Shown in pieces: positions 1-8,880 of a DNA stretch of 64,000 nucleotides. Numbering within the stretch: the stretch's first letter is position 1; the number at the start of each line of letters is the position of its first letter. The stretch is from positions 17,641-81,640 of the forward strand of contig JAAOIH010000001.1 of assembly GCA_015163875.1 (NCBI GenBank), read 5' to 3'. A program made the translations under genes and the position numbers. The notes under the pieces were generated by a model. The model was given only the letters and a program-made list of their open reading frames with translations, made no database searches and was not told where the DNA came from. The DNA comes from Bdellovibrionales bacterium (GTDB lineage Bacteria; Bdellovibrionota; Bdellovibrionia; Bdellovibrionales; UBA1609).

Positions 1-2
1 TT

Positions 3-50
3 GGCAGGTCGGGTTACGACCCAGTACAGAAAGGATGTGATTGTGAATAA
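3..50 (+). CDS. yidD: yidD-like membrane protein insertion efficiency factor, 3' end only (gene runs off window start)
   Basis: Frame 3 reads GRSGYDPVQKGCDCE-stop (TAA 48-50). GYDPV matches the conserved C-terminal GGxDPVP motif of YidD. Position directly upstream of and overlapping yidC is the canonical rnpA-yidD-yidC layout. Confidence 0.5.
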   Translation, partial: GRSGYDPVQKGCDCE

Positions 51-1629
51 AAAAGAAACTTTTTTTGATTTTAAAACAATGTTTGCGATAGCGCTAGTTT
101 CTGTAATATGGTTTTTTTGGCAACAACACCTAGTTAAAAAATATCCAGAAAATTATAAAAACAAAGTATCAGGCCAGTCGGCAAAAAAAGAAGTCGCAAA
201 AAATAATGTGACGCCATTACAAGATAAAAATTTAAATAATCAAAAAATAAATAACAAAAAAGCTTTTGTAAAAAAAGAAAAACTATTTTTTGTAGAAAGC
301 AAAAATTTGTCTTTTTATATTTCTTCTAATGGAATGGCCGTAAAAAAAATATCTTTACATAAATATAAAGATAAAAAAAATAAAGATATTATAATTGGAG
401 ACAAAGATTCTTTATTTTTCTCTAGCTTTTTATATGATAATGAAAATTTATATTTTGATATTAAAAAAATTAAAAAAAACCAGTGGGTTGGGTCTGCTTT
501 TTTTAACGGAATAAGTATTAAAAAATTTATTAAGCTAAACTCACAAAACTACTCTATAGATGTAAGCATAAAAATTAAAAGCACAAACAAGGCAATTAAT
601 TCTATTAGCATGTACACAGAGTCTACTTTAGACAAAGAGACATCAAGCTTTGACCAATTTGGAGACAGCAAAAAAATATTTATTTCTAATTTAGAAACAA
701 AAAGCAGGTGGGGCTTTTCTAAAGAAGATTTATTAGAGGAAACACAAAATTCTAATAAAGTTGTTTCAGGAATAAATGTAGTGTCTTTAGGTAGCAGATA
801 TTTTACAGCAGCATTTATTGAAAAATCTGATTTATTGCCAAACCTAAATGTGCAAGTTTTAGAAAAACAAAATAAAGCAAAACTTGTGCTAAGTTATATT
901 ATCCCAAATAACAAAAGAAGCTTAGAGTTAAAATATATTAGTTATTTTGGACCAAAATCAAATGCATTTTTTTCTAATGTAGATAAAAGACTTTCTGACA
1001 CCATTGATTTTGGTTTTTTTGATGGCACAGCTAGCTTTATTTTAAAATTATTAGAGTGGATTTTTAGTTTTGTAAAAAACTGGGGAGTAGCTATTATTTT
1101 ACTAACTGTTTTAGTAAGATTAGTTTTGCTTCCAATTAATATTTTATCTTTTAAAAGCATGAAGTCCATGCAAGTTGTTCAACCTAAAATAAAAGCATTA
1201 AGACAAAAATATAAAGATGACAAAGTTAAATTAAATCAAGAGATGATGTCACTTATGAAAAACAATAAAGTAAATCCTTTATCTGGCTGCTTGCCAATGT
1301 TTTTGCAAATGCCTATTTTTTTCGCACTCTTTCAAGTTTTAGGAGAAAGTGTTGAACTTTATCAGTCGCCATTTATTTTTTGGATTACAGATCTTAGCTT
1401 AAAAGATCCGTTTTATCTTTTTCCAGTTTTGTCTGGACTAACTATTTTTTTACAACAAAAAATGACGCCAAGTAATTTAGAGCCAGCACAAGCAAAAATT
1501 ATGTTAATGATGCCAATAGTGTTTACTTTTTTTATGTTCGGTTTGCCTAGCGGATTAACCTTATATATGTTTGTAAATTCTGGCTTAGGATTATTGCAGC
1601 AATATTATTTTGTAAAAGTAAAAGCATAA
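43..1629 (+). CDS. yidC: membrane protein insertase YidC
   Basis: N-terminal TM (FAIALVSVIWFFW), large periplasmic domain, C-terminal YidC/Oxa1 core (WGVAIILLTVLVRLVLLPI, SGCLPMFLQMPIFFALF, GLTLYMFVNS). ORF is open from the window edge. Start proposed at GTG 43 (AAGGA at 30-34); ATG 79 is an alternative. Confidence 0.9.
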   Translation: MNKKETFFDFKTMFAIALVSVIWFFWQQHLVKKYPENYKNKVSGQSAKKEVAKNNVTPLQDKNLNNQKINNKKAFVKKEKLFFVESKNLSFYISSNGMAVKKISLHKYKDKKNKDIIIGDKDSLFFSSFLYDNENLYFDIKKIKKNQWVGSAFFNGISIKKFIKLNSQNYSIDVSIKIKSTNKAINSISMYTESTLDKETSSFDQFGDSKKIFISNLETKSRWGFSKEDLLEETQNSNKVVSGINVVSLGSRYFTAAFIEKSDLLPNLNVQVLEKQNKAKLVLSYIIPNNKRSLELKYISYFGPKSNAFFSNVDKRLSDTIDFGFFDGTASFILKLLEWIFSFVKNWGVAIILLTVLVRLVLLPINILSFKSMKSMQVVQPKIKALRQKYKDDKVKLNQEMMSLMKNNKVNPLSGCLPMFLQMPIFFALFQVLGESVELYQSPFIFWITDLSLKDPFYLFPVLSGLTIFLQQKMTPSNLEPAQAKIMLMMPIVFTFFMFGLPSGLTLYMFVNSGLGLLQQYYFVKVKA

Positions 1630-1664
1630 AAATAAATAATAAATTATTATACAAAGGAGATAGC

Positions 1665-2327
1665 ATGAGTTTTTTAGAGCGTATTTTTAAAGGAAAGAAA
1701 AAGGGGCCCGTTGATTTAGTTGCAGATACATTAGAGGGAATAATTGAAAAAGCAGATTTTCAATTATCTTTTGACATGGACGAAAAAGATAACACAATCA
1801 CAATTGATTTTTTTGGAGAAGATGAAGGCCTGTTAACTCAAAAAAATGGACAGCTTTTAGATTCTTTGCAAATGTTTTTAATTAGAATTATTCAACACAA
1901 GCAATTTGAAGACAGATATTATGTAACCGCAAATGTAGGATCTTTTAGAGAAGATTTTGAAGAAAATTTAATGAAGCATGCAGAAAAATTAAAAAAAGCT
2001 GTTTTAAGTAAAAATAAACCAGCCTATTTTGACCCACTATCTGCTAAAAATCGCAGATTAATTCACCAATTTTTTTCTGATGACAAAGAAGTTGAAGCAA
2101 TATCTATTGGAAACAGCGACTATAAAAAAATTAAACTAGTTATAAAAGGCTCTGCAAGAAATTTTAAAAAATCAGAACCACGAAGACGCGAAAAAAAACC
2201 TTATAAGAAAAAAGAAACTTTGGGCAATTCTTCAGACAATACCTCAGACAATAATAACGAAGAGGTAAATTACAATACCCTTGAGCACAATGTAGATTCT
2301 CAGTCTGAGGCTAGTTATAATAAATAA
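1665..2327 (+). CDS. jag: Jag/KhpB-type RNA-binding protein (Jag_N-KH-R3H)
   Basis: Canonical position after yidC. R3H-like segment LSAKNRRLIHQFF. GGAG-type RBS (AAGGAGA) upstream. Low-complexity basic/acidic tail. Confidence 0.8.
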   Translation: MSFLERIFKGKKKGPVDLVADTLEGIIEKADFQLSFDMDEKDNTITIDFFGEDEGLLTQKNGQLLDSLQMFLIRIIQHKQFEDRYYVTANVGSFREDFEENLMKHAEKLKKAVLSKNKPAYFDPLSAKNRRLIHQFFSDDKEVEAISIGNSDYKKIKLVIKGSARNFKKSEPRRREKKPYKKKETLGNSSDNTSDNNNEEVNYNTLEHNVDSQSEASYNK

Positions 2328-2347
2328 TTTTTTTTACATAAGCATTT

Positions 2348-3772
2348 ATGTTTCGTGATGACAAAGATACTATTTGTGCACTTTCAACCTCATCAGGTAG
2401 AGGTGCAATCGCAGTTGTTAGAATTAGTGGCAATAAAAGCTTGGCCACGGTTGCAAAATTTTGCAGTTTTTTAAACGACACACAAGTTAAATCACATCAA
2501 GTTTATTATGGATTTTTTAAGGACGATAAAAATAAAAAAAATATTGATGAAGTTTTAGTTACCTATTTTGAAAAAGGAAGATCTTTTACAACAGAGCAAG
2601 TTGTAGAAATTTCTTGCCACGGAGGATCTCAAAGTAGTTATCAAATTTTAAATTTACTAGTTAGTGCCGGACTTAGAATGGCAGATCCAGGAGAGTTTAC
2701 TTACAGGGCTTTTTTAAATGGAAGAATTGATTTAGTTCAAGCCGAAGGAATTTTATCTTTAATTGAAAGCCAAAATAAAACAATGGCAAACTTATCTTTA
2801 AGGCAAATAGAAGGCAACGGATCTTATTTACTAAAAAATATTGAAAAACAATTAATAGAAGTACTAGCACAGCTAGAGGCAAATATTGATTTTTCTTTTG
2901 AAGAGCTAGAGGTTAGTTCTGCCGAGGAGCTTTTAGTTCAAACAAAAAATATTTATAAAGAAATACAAATTTTATTAGATAGCTATAACAAAGCATGTTT
3001 ATTTAAAGAGGGGTTATTTGTTGCACTAGCCGGTAAACCAAATGTAGGCAAATCTAGTTTGTTTAACACATTTTTAGAAAAAAACCGAGCAATTGTAACC
3101 CCAGAGGCCGGAACAACCAGAGATTTTTTAGAAGAAGCAATTAATTTAGAAGGATTGCCTGTTACATTTATTGATACCGCAGGCCTTAGAGAAAGCAAAG
3201 ATTTAATTGAACAAGAAGGAATTAAAAAGGCCAAAACAAAAATAGAAAATGCACATTTTATTTTTTGTATATTTGATGTGTCTAAAGATTTTTTAAAAAA
3301 AGATGTAGATGATTTATTAAATAGTTTAAATGTTGCAGATTTTAATCGCTGTGTGTTTATTGCTAATAAAATAGATTTAAACACGCATTTTAGTTTAGAA
3401 AATTTTTATAGCAGTATTGAAAAAAGTTTTTCTTCTTTTGTCGACAAACCTCCAGCAAAAAATAAATGTTTTTTAATTAGTGCAAAACAAAATAAAAGCC
3501 TTGATTCACTAAGAAATTTTTTAAAAGATTTTATTAAATCACAACACCAAGCTGAATCAGCAGTAATTTTACAAGCCAGACATTTTGATTTACTAACAAA
3601 AGCTGAAAAAAACATAAACAAAGCTGTGGACATGCTTAAAGAAAAAAAAGATTTAGAATTTATTGCCTTTGAGCTACAAGAAGCCCTGCTAAAAGTTTAT
3701 AATATTTTAGGAAAAGAATTTGACGACCAAATTTTAGATAAAGTGTTTAAAGAATTTTGTTTGGGGAAGTAA
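2348..3772 (+). CDS. mnmE: tRNA modification GTPase MnmE
   Basis: G1 GKPNVGKSS, G3 DTAGLRE, N-terminal TrmE domain (ICALSTSSGRGAIAVVRISG), C-terminal CLGK tail typical of MnmE. Confidence 0.95.
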   Translation: MFRDDKDTICALSTSSGRGAIAVVRISGNKSLATVAKFCSFLNDTQVKSHQVYYGFFKDDKNKKNIDEVLVTYFEKGRSFTTEQVVEISCHGGSQSSYQILNLLVSAGLRMADPGEFTYRAFLNGRIDLVQAEGILSLIESQNKTMANLSLRQIEGNGSYLLKNIEKQLIEVLAQLEANIDFSFEELEVSSAEELLVQTKNIYKEIQILLDSYNKACLFKEGLFVALAGKPNVGKSSLFNTFLEKNRAIVTPEAGTTRDFLEEAINLEGLPVTFIDTAGLRESKDLIEQEGIKKAKTKIENAHFIFCIFDVSKDFLKKDVDDLLNSLNVADFNRCVFIANKIDLNTHFSLENFYSSIEKSFSSFVDKPPAKNKCFLISAKQNKSLDSLRNFLKDFIKSQHQAESAVILQARHFDLLTKAEKNINKAVDMLKEKKDLEFIAFELQEALLKVYNILGKEFDDQILDKVFKEFCLGK

Positions 3773-3855
3773 AACTTTTGTCAGCCTAAAGTTTGTGGAA
3801 AATTAATATATTCAAAAGTGACAATCACAGCCTAATAGTATAAATAAATAAAAAT

Positions 3856-5745
3856 ATGAAAAACAATTTTGACATCATCGTTGTAGGTGGAGGACATGCA
3901 GGAGTTGAGGCAGCCCTTGCGGCAGCACGACTTGGCCACAGTACACTTTTGCTAACTGGCTCTATCGACACAATTTCTTTTATGAGTTGCAATCCATCAA
4001 TTGGAGGGCTTGGCAAAGGACATATTGTAAAAGAAATTGATTTGCTTGGTGGGTTTATGGCTCAAGCTGCAGATAAGTCTTGCATACAATTTAAAAAATT
4101 AAATCAAAGCAAAGGGCCAGCGGTTAGAGGCTCAAGAGCACAGTGTGATAAAAATATTTATTCTAAAACTGTTCAAGATTTTATTTTAAAACAAAAAAAC
4201 TTAACTGTACAAGAGGCAGAAGTTAAAAAATTAATTTTAAAAAAATCAGAAGCAAAAGGTGTCGTGCTAAAAGATGATGCAGAAATTTTTTCTAGTGCAG
4301 TTATTTTAACTACCGGAACTTTTATGAGAGGTGTTTTACATATTGGAGATCATCGTATCTCTGGAGGTAGGGTTGGCGAAAAAGCTACTGTTGGATTATC
4401 TGATCAATTAGTTAACCAAGGTTTTGTATCAACAAGATTAAAAACTGGCACACCTCCCCGTTTAGATATTAATAGTATTAATTGGGCAAAAACTAAAGTT
4501 CAAAAAGGAGATGAAAAATTTACTCCGTTTAGTTTTAAATCAGAAAACAAATTGTCGTTAAAACAAATTTTATGTCACAGCACTTATACTAATGAAAAAA
4601 CCCACGACATTGTTCGTAAAAATTTAGATAAATCTGCAGCATTTCTTGGAACAATTGAAGGTGCAGGCCCAAGATATTGCCCAAGCATAGAAGATAAAAT
4701 CACGCGCTTTAAAGACAAAGATCGCCACCTAACTTTTTTAGAACCAGAAACACTTAATGGAAACAGTATTTATTTGCAGGGGCTGTCGACTTCTTTGCCA
4801 AAAGAAATACAATTAAAATTTTTGCAAACTATTTTGGGGCTTGAAGATGTAAAAATTTTAAACCCAGGATACTTAGTAGAGTATGATTTTTTTGACCCCT
4901 TGCAAGTTCGGCCAACTTTAGAAACTAAATCTATAAACAATTTATATTTTGCCGGCCAAATTAACGGAACCAGCGGATACGAAGAGGCAGCTTGCCAAGG
5001 ATTAATTGCAGGAGTTAATGCCGCCTTTAAATTACAAAAAAAAGATCCATTTATTTTAGGTCGAGATAAATCTTATATAGGAGTTTTAATTGACGACCTA
5101 GTAACAAAAGGAACAAAAGAGCCATATAGAATGCTTACCTCAAGGGCGGAACATCGTTTAGTTTTGCGCGAAGATAATGTAATAGAAAGAATTGCAGAAA
5201 CTTCTTTTTCGGCAGGGTTAATTATTAAAAAAGATTTTGATAAACTGTTTAGTATTTTGGAGGGGCGTAAAACTTTTTATAATGAAATTAAAAAAATTAA
5301 AATGGTGCCAAACCAAACAACTTTAGAAAAATTAAAACTAAATAATTTTTCGCCAATTCATAAACAAATTTCTTTGGTTGATTTTTTAAAAAGAGTGCCT
5401 GTGCATTATAAAAATTTACTAGATTTTGGATTAAAAAATAAATATGAAGAAAATATTCACTATCCAGTAGAGGTTAAAATTAAATACGAAGGCTATATTA
5501 AATTACAAGAAGAAAGAATTGTAAGAGCAAAAAAATTAGAAGACATGAAGCTAGAAATTAATTTGGACTACGGGTTGGTTAAGGGGCTGTCTAATGAAGA
5601 GGTTGAAAAATTAAAAAAAATTCAGCCGATTACTTTGGGACAAGCAAGTAGAATTAGTGGAGTTAATCCGTCAGCAATTCAAGCTTTAATTATATATAAA
5701 AAATCTTTAGAGATAAAAGCCAAGCCCGCGCCACAAAAAAACTAA
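3856..5745 (+). CDS. mnmG: tRNA uridine 5-carboxymethylaminomethyl modification enzyme MnmG (GidA)
   Basis: FAD-binding N-terminus DIIVVGGGHAGVEAA. 629 aa full-length GidA-family pattern (GPRYCPSIEDK, GQINGTSGYEEAA). Confidence 0.95.
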   Translation: MKNNFDIIVVGGGHAGVEAALAAARLGHSTLLLTGSIDTISFMSCNPSIGGLGKGHIVKEIDLLGGFMAQAADKSCIQFKKLNQSKGPAVRGSRAQCDKNIYSKTVQDFILKQKNLTVQEAEVKKLILKKSEAKGVVLKDDAEIFSSAVILTTGTFMRGVLHIGDHRISGGRVGEKATVGLSDQLVNQGFVSTRLKTGTPPRLDINSINWAKTKVQKGDEKFTPFSFKSENKLSLKQILCHSTYTNEKTHDIVRKNLDKSAAFLGTIEGAGPRYCPSIEDKITRFKDKDRHLTFLEPETLNGNSIYLQGLSTSLPKEIQLKFLQTILGLEDVKILNPGYLVEYDFFDPLQVRPTLETKSINNLYFAGQINGTSGYEEAACQGLIAGVNAAFKLQKKDPFILGRDKSYIGVLIDDLVTKGTKEPYRMLTSRAEHRLVLREDNVIERIAETSFSAGLIIKKDFDKLFSILEGRKTFYNEIKKIKMVPNQTTLEKLKLNNFSPIHKQISLVDFLKRVPVHYKNLLDFGLKNKYEENIHYPVEVKIKYEGYIKLQEERIVRAKKLEDMKLEINLDYGLVKGLSNEEVEKLKKIQPITLGQASRISGVNPSAIQALIIYKKSLEIKAKPAPQKN

Positions 5746-5787
5746 ACCAAAACTACACCCGCGCCACAAAAAAACCAAAACCAAAAC
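5725..5787. repeat. tandem duplication (period 33 nt) of the last six codons plus stop of mnmG
   Basis: CCCGCGCCACAAAAAAAC at 5725-5742 and again at 5758-5775. Flanks CTAAACCAAAAC versus CCAAAACCAAAAC. Followed by an A/C-rich tract to about 5805. Confidence 0.8.
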
Positions 5788-5809
5788 AAAAACCAAAACT
5801 AAACCAACA

Positions 5810-6991
5810 TCACAAGCTTAATTTTAAATGCACAAATTTTAAATACCTAGACTCTGGCATAGATTGCAAATACGGATGATCTGACCCCTGACTTGAAAGG
5901 CGAAAAACCTGCGCTTTTTTTCGATTAACAGAAACTGCCTGATTTATAATTTCTTGAAAATCAGAAAAGTTAATATGGCTAGAGCAAGAACTTAAAATTA
6001 AATCCCCGCCTGGTTTTAAAAATTTTATGGCAGCAGAAAATAAATTAATATATTTTTTTGTAGCTATTTGTTTTTGATCTTTTGATTTAGCCATAGATGG
6101 AGGGTCTACAATAACAATATCCCAAAGATTATCTGGTTTTTTTTCTAACCATTTTAAAATATCTTCTGACAAGGTGTTGTGAACATTATTTGGCAAATTA
6201 TTTAATTCCCAATTTTTTTGTGCATAGTTAATAGCAGGACTTGATAAATCTACACTACAAACTTTTTTAGAACCTCCCCTGCCCGCGTAAACAGAAAACC
6301 CACCAGTGTAACTAAATAAATTAAGAACAGATTTACCACTGCTAAGACCCTCAACATAATTACGATTGTCTCTTTGGTCTAAAAAAAATCCAGTTTTTTG
6401 TCCGTCTAAAACATTTACTAAAAAATTTAAATTGTTTTCTTTAATTATAATTTTTGTAAAATCTTTTTTTTCGTCTCCTAAAAAAAACATACCAGTGTTA
6501 TTTTTTATGTGACGGGATTTTATTACAATGCTTTCAGCAGAAGTAAAATCAAAAATCCAATTAAAATTAAATCGCCTTTCTTTTTTCCAAAATAATTCAG
6601 GGCCACTTCCGTCAAATTGTATTATTGCGGTGTGATTATAAATATCACAAACTAATCCCGGAAAGTAATCCCCCTCCCCGTTAATTAATCTAAATGCATT
6701 TGTAAAATTTGTATTAATATTTTTTCTAGAGGCTAGACTTTTTAAAAATTGGTTTTTAAAAAAAGCTTCGTCTGGAATATTTTTTTCTGTACTAAGTATT
6801 CTTAAAGCAAGTGGAGAATCTTTGTCATAAAACGCCCAAGCAATAAATCCTTTTTTATCATGCACTTGGCATAAACCTGCAAGATTTTTTTTTGGCAAAA
6901 CAATTGCGTCTTTGTAAACCCACGGCTGACCTTGCAAAATATATTTTCGCAAATTTCTACTAAGTGTAATTTTAAAAAATAAAGGGCTCAT
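5810..6991 (-). CDS. class I SAM-dependent rRNA methyltransferase, RlmI/PUA-domain type
   Basis: N-terminal PUA-like region (LRKYILQGQPWVYKDAI). C-terminal Rossmann methyltransferase (VLNLFSYTGGFSVYA, IVIVDPPSMAKS). Confidence 0.75.
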   Translation of the reverse strand: MSPLFFKITLSRNLRKYILQGQPWVYKDAIVLPKKNLAGLCQVHDKKGFIAWAFYDKDSPLALRILSTEKNIPDEAFFKNQFLKSLASRKNINTNFTNAFRLINGEGDYFPGLVCDIYNHTAIIQFDGSGPELFWKKERRFNFNWIFDFTSAESIVIKSRHIKNNTGMFFLGDEKKDFTKIIIKENNLNFLVNVLDGQKTGFFLDQRDNRNYVEGLSSGKSVLNLFSYTGGFSVYAGRGGSKKVCSVDLSSPAINYAQKNWELNNLPNNVHNTLSEDILKWLEKKPDNLWDIVIVDPPSMAKSKDQKQIATKKYINLFSAAIKFLKPGGDLILSSCSSHINFSDFQEIINQAVSVNRKKAQVFRLSSQGSDHPYLQSMPESRYLKFVHLKLSL

Positions 6992-7125
6992 AAAAATTTA
7001 ATATGATGTTGAAACTATGTCAGAGCAACTAGTTTGACTATTATATTTTATTTAGTTACTCAGAAGTAAGTATCAAACTAGACTTAGGCCAAGGCAGAAA
7101 AAAATTTATTTTCACCAACTATTGT

Positions 7126-7797
7126 ATGCAAAGTTTTAATTTACAATTTCCATTGTTATATCAAGTGCTTAAAGATTTGCCAGAATTCACTCGCATAATC
7201 ATAATGAATGAAGAAATTATTAAATTTAACAAAAAAATAAATCTGATTTCGCCAGCGACTGTTAAAATAATTGAAAGTGCTCATTTTTTAGATTCTATTT
7301 TGGGATCCAGATTAATTTTAAAAGACTCCCCCTCCCAAGAATTTTATGATGTTGGATCTGGAAACGGATTTCCTGGACTAATATTAGCCAGCTTAGATGA
7401 GCAAAGGTCGGTTAAGCTTGTAGAATCTGACAAGCGCAAGGCAGAATTTATAGAGCACTGCGCCTTTCAAATGAATTTAAATAATGTGGAGGTGGTTTGC
7501 TCTAGAGTAGAAAATCTGGCCTTAACAAAAAATACAGTATTTGTTTCAAGGGCATTTGCACCTATTTTAAAATCTTTAGATCTTTATAAAAAAGCATGCC
7601 CATCTGGATTTCAAGCCTATCATTTTAAATCTTTATATTGGCAAAATGAGGTTTCTTTGGGCTCTATATTGCCAGATAGCAAAAATGTTCCACATGGAAC
7701 AAAAAAAGCAAAAGATTTTTTTCACAGAGAGGTTGGCAAATACAAGCTCCCCCACAATAATCAAGATTTTTTTATCATAAATTCTTTTTTGGCCTAA
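7126..7797 (+). CDS. rsmG: 16S rRNA (guanine527-N7)-methyltransferase RsmG (GidB)
   Basis: SAM motif DVGSGNGFPGL. Conserved position before parAB. Internal ATG at 7204 is an alternative start. Confidence 0.85.
   Translation: MQSFNLQFPLLYQVLKDLPEFTRIIIMNEEIIKFNKKINLISPATVKIIESAHFLDSILGSRLILKDSPSQEFYDVGSGNGFPGLILASLDEQRSVKLVESDKRKAEFIEHCAFQMNLNNVEVVCSRVENLALTKNTVFVSRAFAPILKSLDLYKKACPSGFQAYHFKSLYWQNEVSLGSILPDSKNVPHGTKKAKDFFHREVGKYKLPHNNQDFFIINSFLA
7686..7701. promoter_or_regulatory. parS: parS-like centromere site TGTTCCACATGGAACA (copy 1, inside the 3' end of rsmG)
   Basis: 16-bp near-palindrome matching canonical parS TGTTTCACGTGAAACA at 13/16 positions. Identical 21-mer repeated at 7891. 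Confidence 0.65.
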
Positions 7798-7890
7798 GCT
7801 TTTAAAGCCCTAGACTTTAGTAGTAAATTTTTGTTTTATACAACACACAGACCTTGATTTTTTTCTTTTAGCAATTAAAGTATTGCTAAT

Positions 7891-7906
7891 TGTTCCACAT
7901 GGAACA
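7891..7906. promoter_or_regulatory. parS: parS-like centromere site TGTTCCACATGGAACA (copy 2, upstream of parA)
   Basis: Identical to copy 1. About 30 nt upstream of the parA start. Preceded by inverted repeat TAGCAAT-N6-ATTGCTA (7869-7888). Confidence 0.65.
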
Positions 7907-7935
7907 AAAAATCAAATATATTTTATGGAGGCATT

Positions 7936-8772
7936 TTGGCTCAAATTATTTGCATGTCTAATCAAAAAGGTGGTGTTGGAAAAACAACAACCACTGTAAA
8001 TTTAGGCGCTGCCCTATCTAGTTTTAATAAAAAAGTTTTAATTATTGATTTAGACCCTCAGGGAAACGCCTCTTCTGGGCTTGGAGTTAAAAATTACGAT
8101 AATGCAAATTTATATCACGCACTAATTGGCGAAAAAAGTATTTCATCGGTAACTAGGCAAACTAACCTGTCGCAACTCTTTATTGTTCCGTCTAATTCGG
8201 GACTTGTAGGTGTTGAGCCATTTTTATATCAGCAAAAAAACAAAGAATTATTTTTAAAAAAATCTCTGTCTAGTGTATCGGAAGAATATGATTATATCTT
8301 AATAGATTGCCCGCCATCTTTGGGTTTACTAACTTTAAACGCATTTACAGCCTCTAATTATTTTATGGTTCCATTACAATGTGAATATTATGCCTTGGAG
8401 GGGTTAAGCCAATTGCTAAATACTGCAGGAATTATTAAAAGTAATTTTAATCCAAACCTAGCTTTATTAGGAATTGTGTTAACAATGTTTGATACTAGAA
8501 ATAATTTAAGTCATCAGGTGGTTAGGGATGTAAAGCAGCATTTTTCTAACAAGGTTTTTAACTCAATTATCACAAGAAATGTACGACTTAGCGAGGCTCC
8601 CAGCTATGGAAAGTCTATTATTGAGTATGCACCACAGTCTATTGGTGCTGAGCGTTATATTTCTTTGGCAAAAGAGGTTGATAATAGATTTGTTCAGCTA
8701 AATACAGAAACAAATACACTGCCAAATGAATTTTCAGAACCAAGAATAGAAGAAATAACCAGTGCAAACTAG
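7936..8772 (+). CDS. parA: chromosome partitioning ATPase ParA/Soj
   Basis: Deviant Walker A NQKGGVGKTTTT and ParA-family body. TTG start with GGAGG RBS at 7925-7929. Confidence 0.95.
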   Translation: MAQIICMSNQKGGVGKTTTTVNLGAALSSFNKKVLIIDLDPQGNASSGLGVKNYDNANLYHALIGEKSISSVTRQTNLSQLFIVPSNSGLVGVEPFLYQQKNKELFLKKSLSSVSEEYDYILIDCPPSLGLLTLNAFTASNYFMVPLQCEYYALEGLSQLLNTAGIIKSNFNPNLALLGIVLTMFDTRNNLSHQVVRDVKQHFSNKVFNSIITRNVRLSEAPSYGKSIIEYAPQSIGAERYISLAKEVDNRFVQLNTETNTLPNEFSEPRIEEITSAN

Positions 8773-8880
8773 TTTGAGTATGCAAAAACAAAACAAAAGG
8801 CTGTAAAAGAATACTTTTTGAATAAGCTGATAAGGGATAAAAGTTTAGCTTTATAAAAAATAAAATAAAGAGGTTTAAAA

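Noticed and set aside
3794-3802. DnaA-box-like TGTGGAAAA (TTTTCCACA on the other strand) in the mnmE-mnmG spacer; possible oriC in this origin-proximal region.
   Set aside because: It is a single box with one mismatch. I could not see a cluster of boxes or an adjacent AT-rich unwinding element distinct from the background. oriC is more likely near dnaA, outside the window.
5776-5805. Telomere-like CCAAAA/CCAAAAC repeats.
   Set aside because: This is a short degenerate A/C-rich tract in a bacterial convergent intergenic region, attributable to the local tandem duplication. Nothing supports a telomeric or mobile-element role.
7078-7817. CTAGACTT on both sides of rsmG (7078-7085, 7810-7817) and CTAGACC twice after the bactofilin gene (about 10187 and 10205).
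   Set aside because: The motif is short and also occurs inside coding regions (for example about 5846, 31624 and 61007). I cannot distinguish it from chance without genome-wide statistics.
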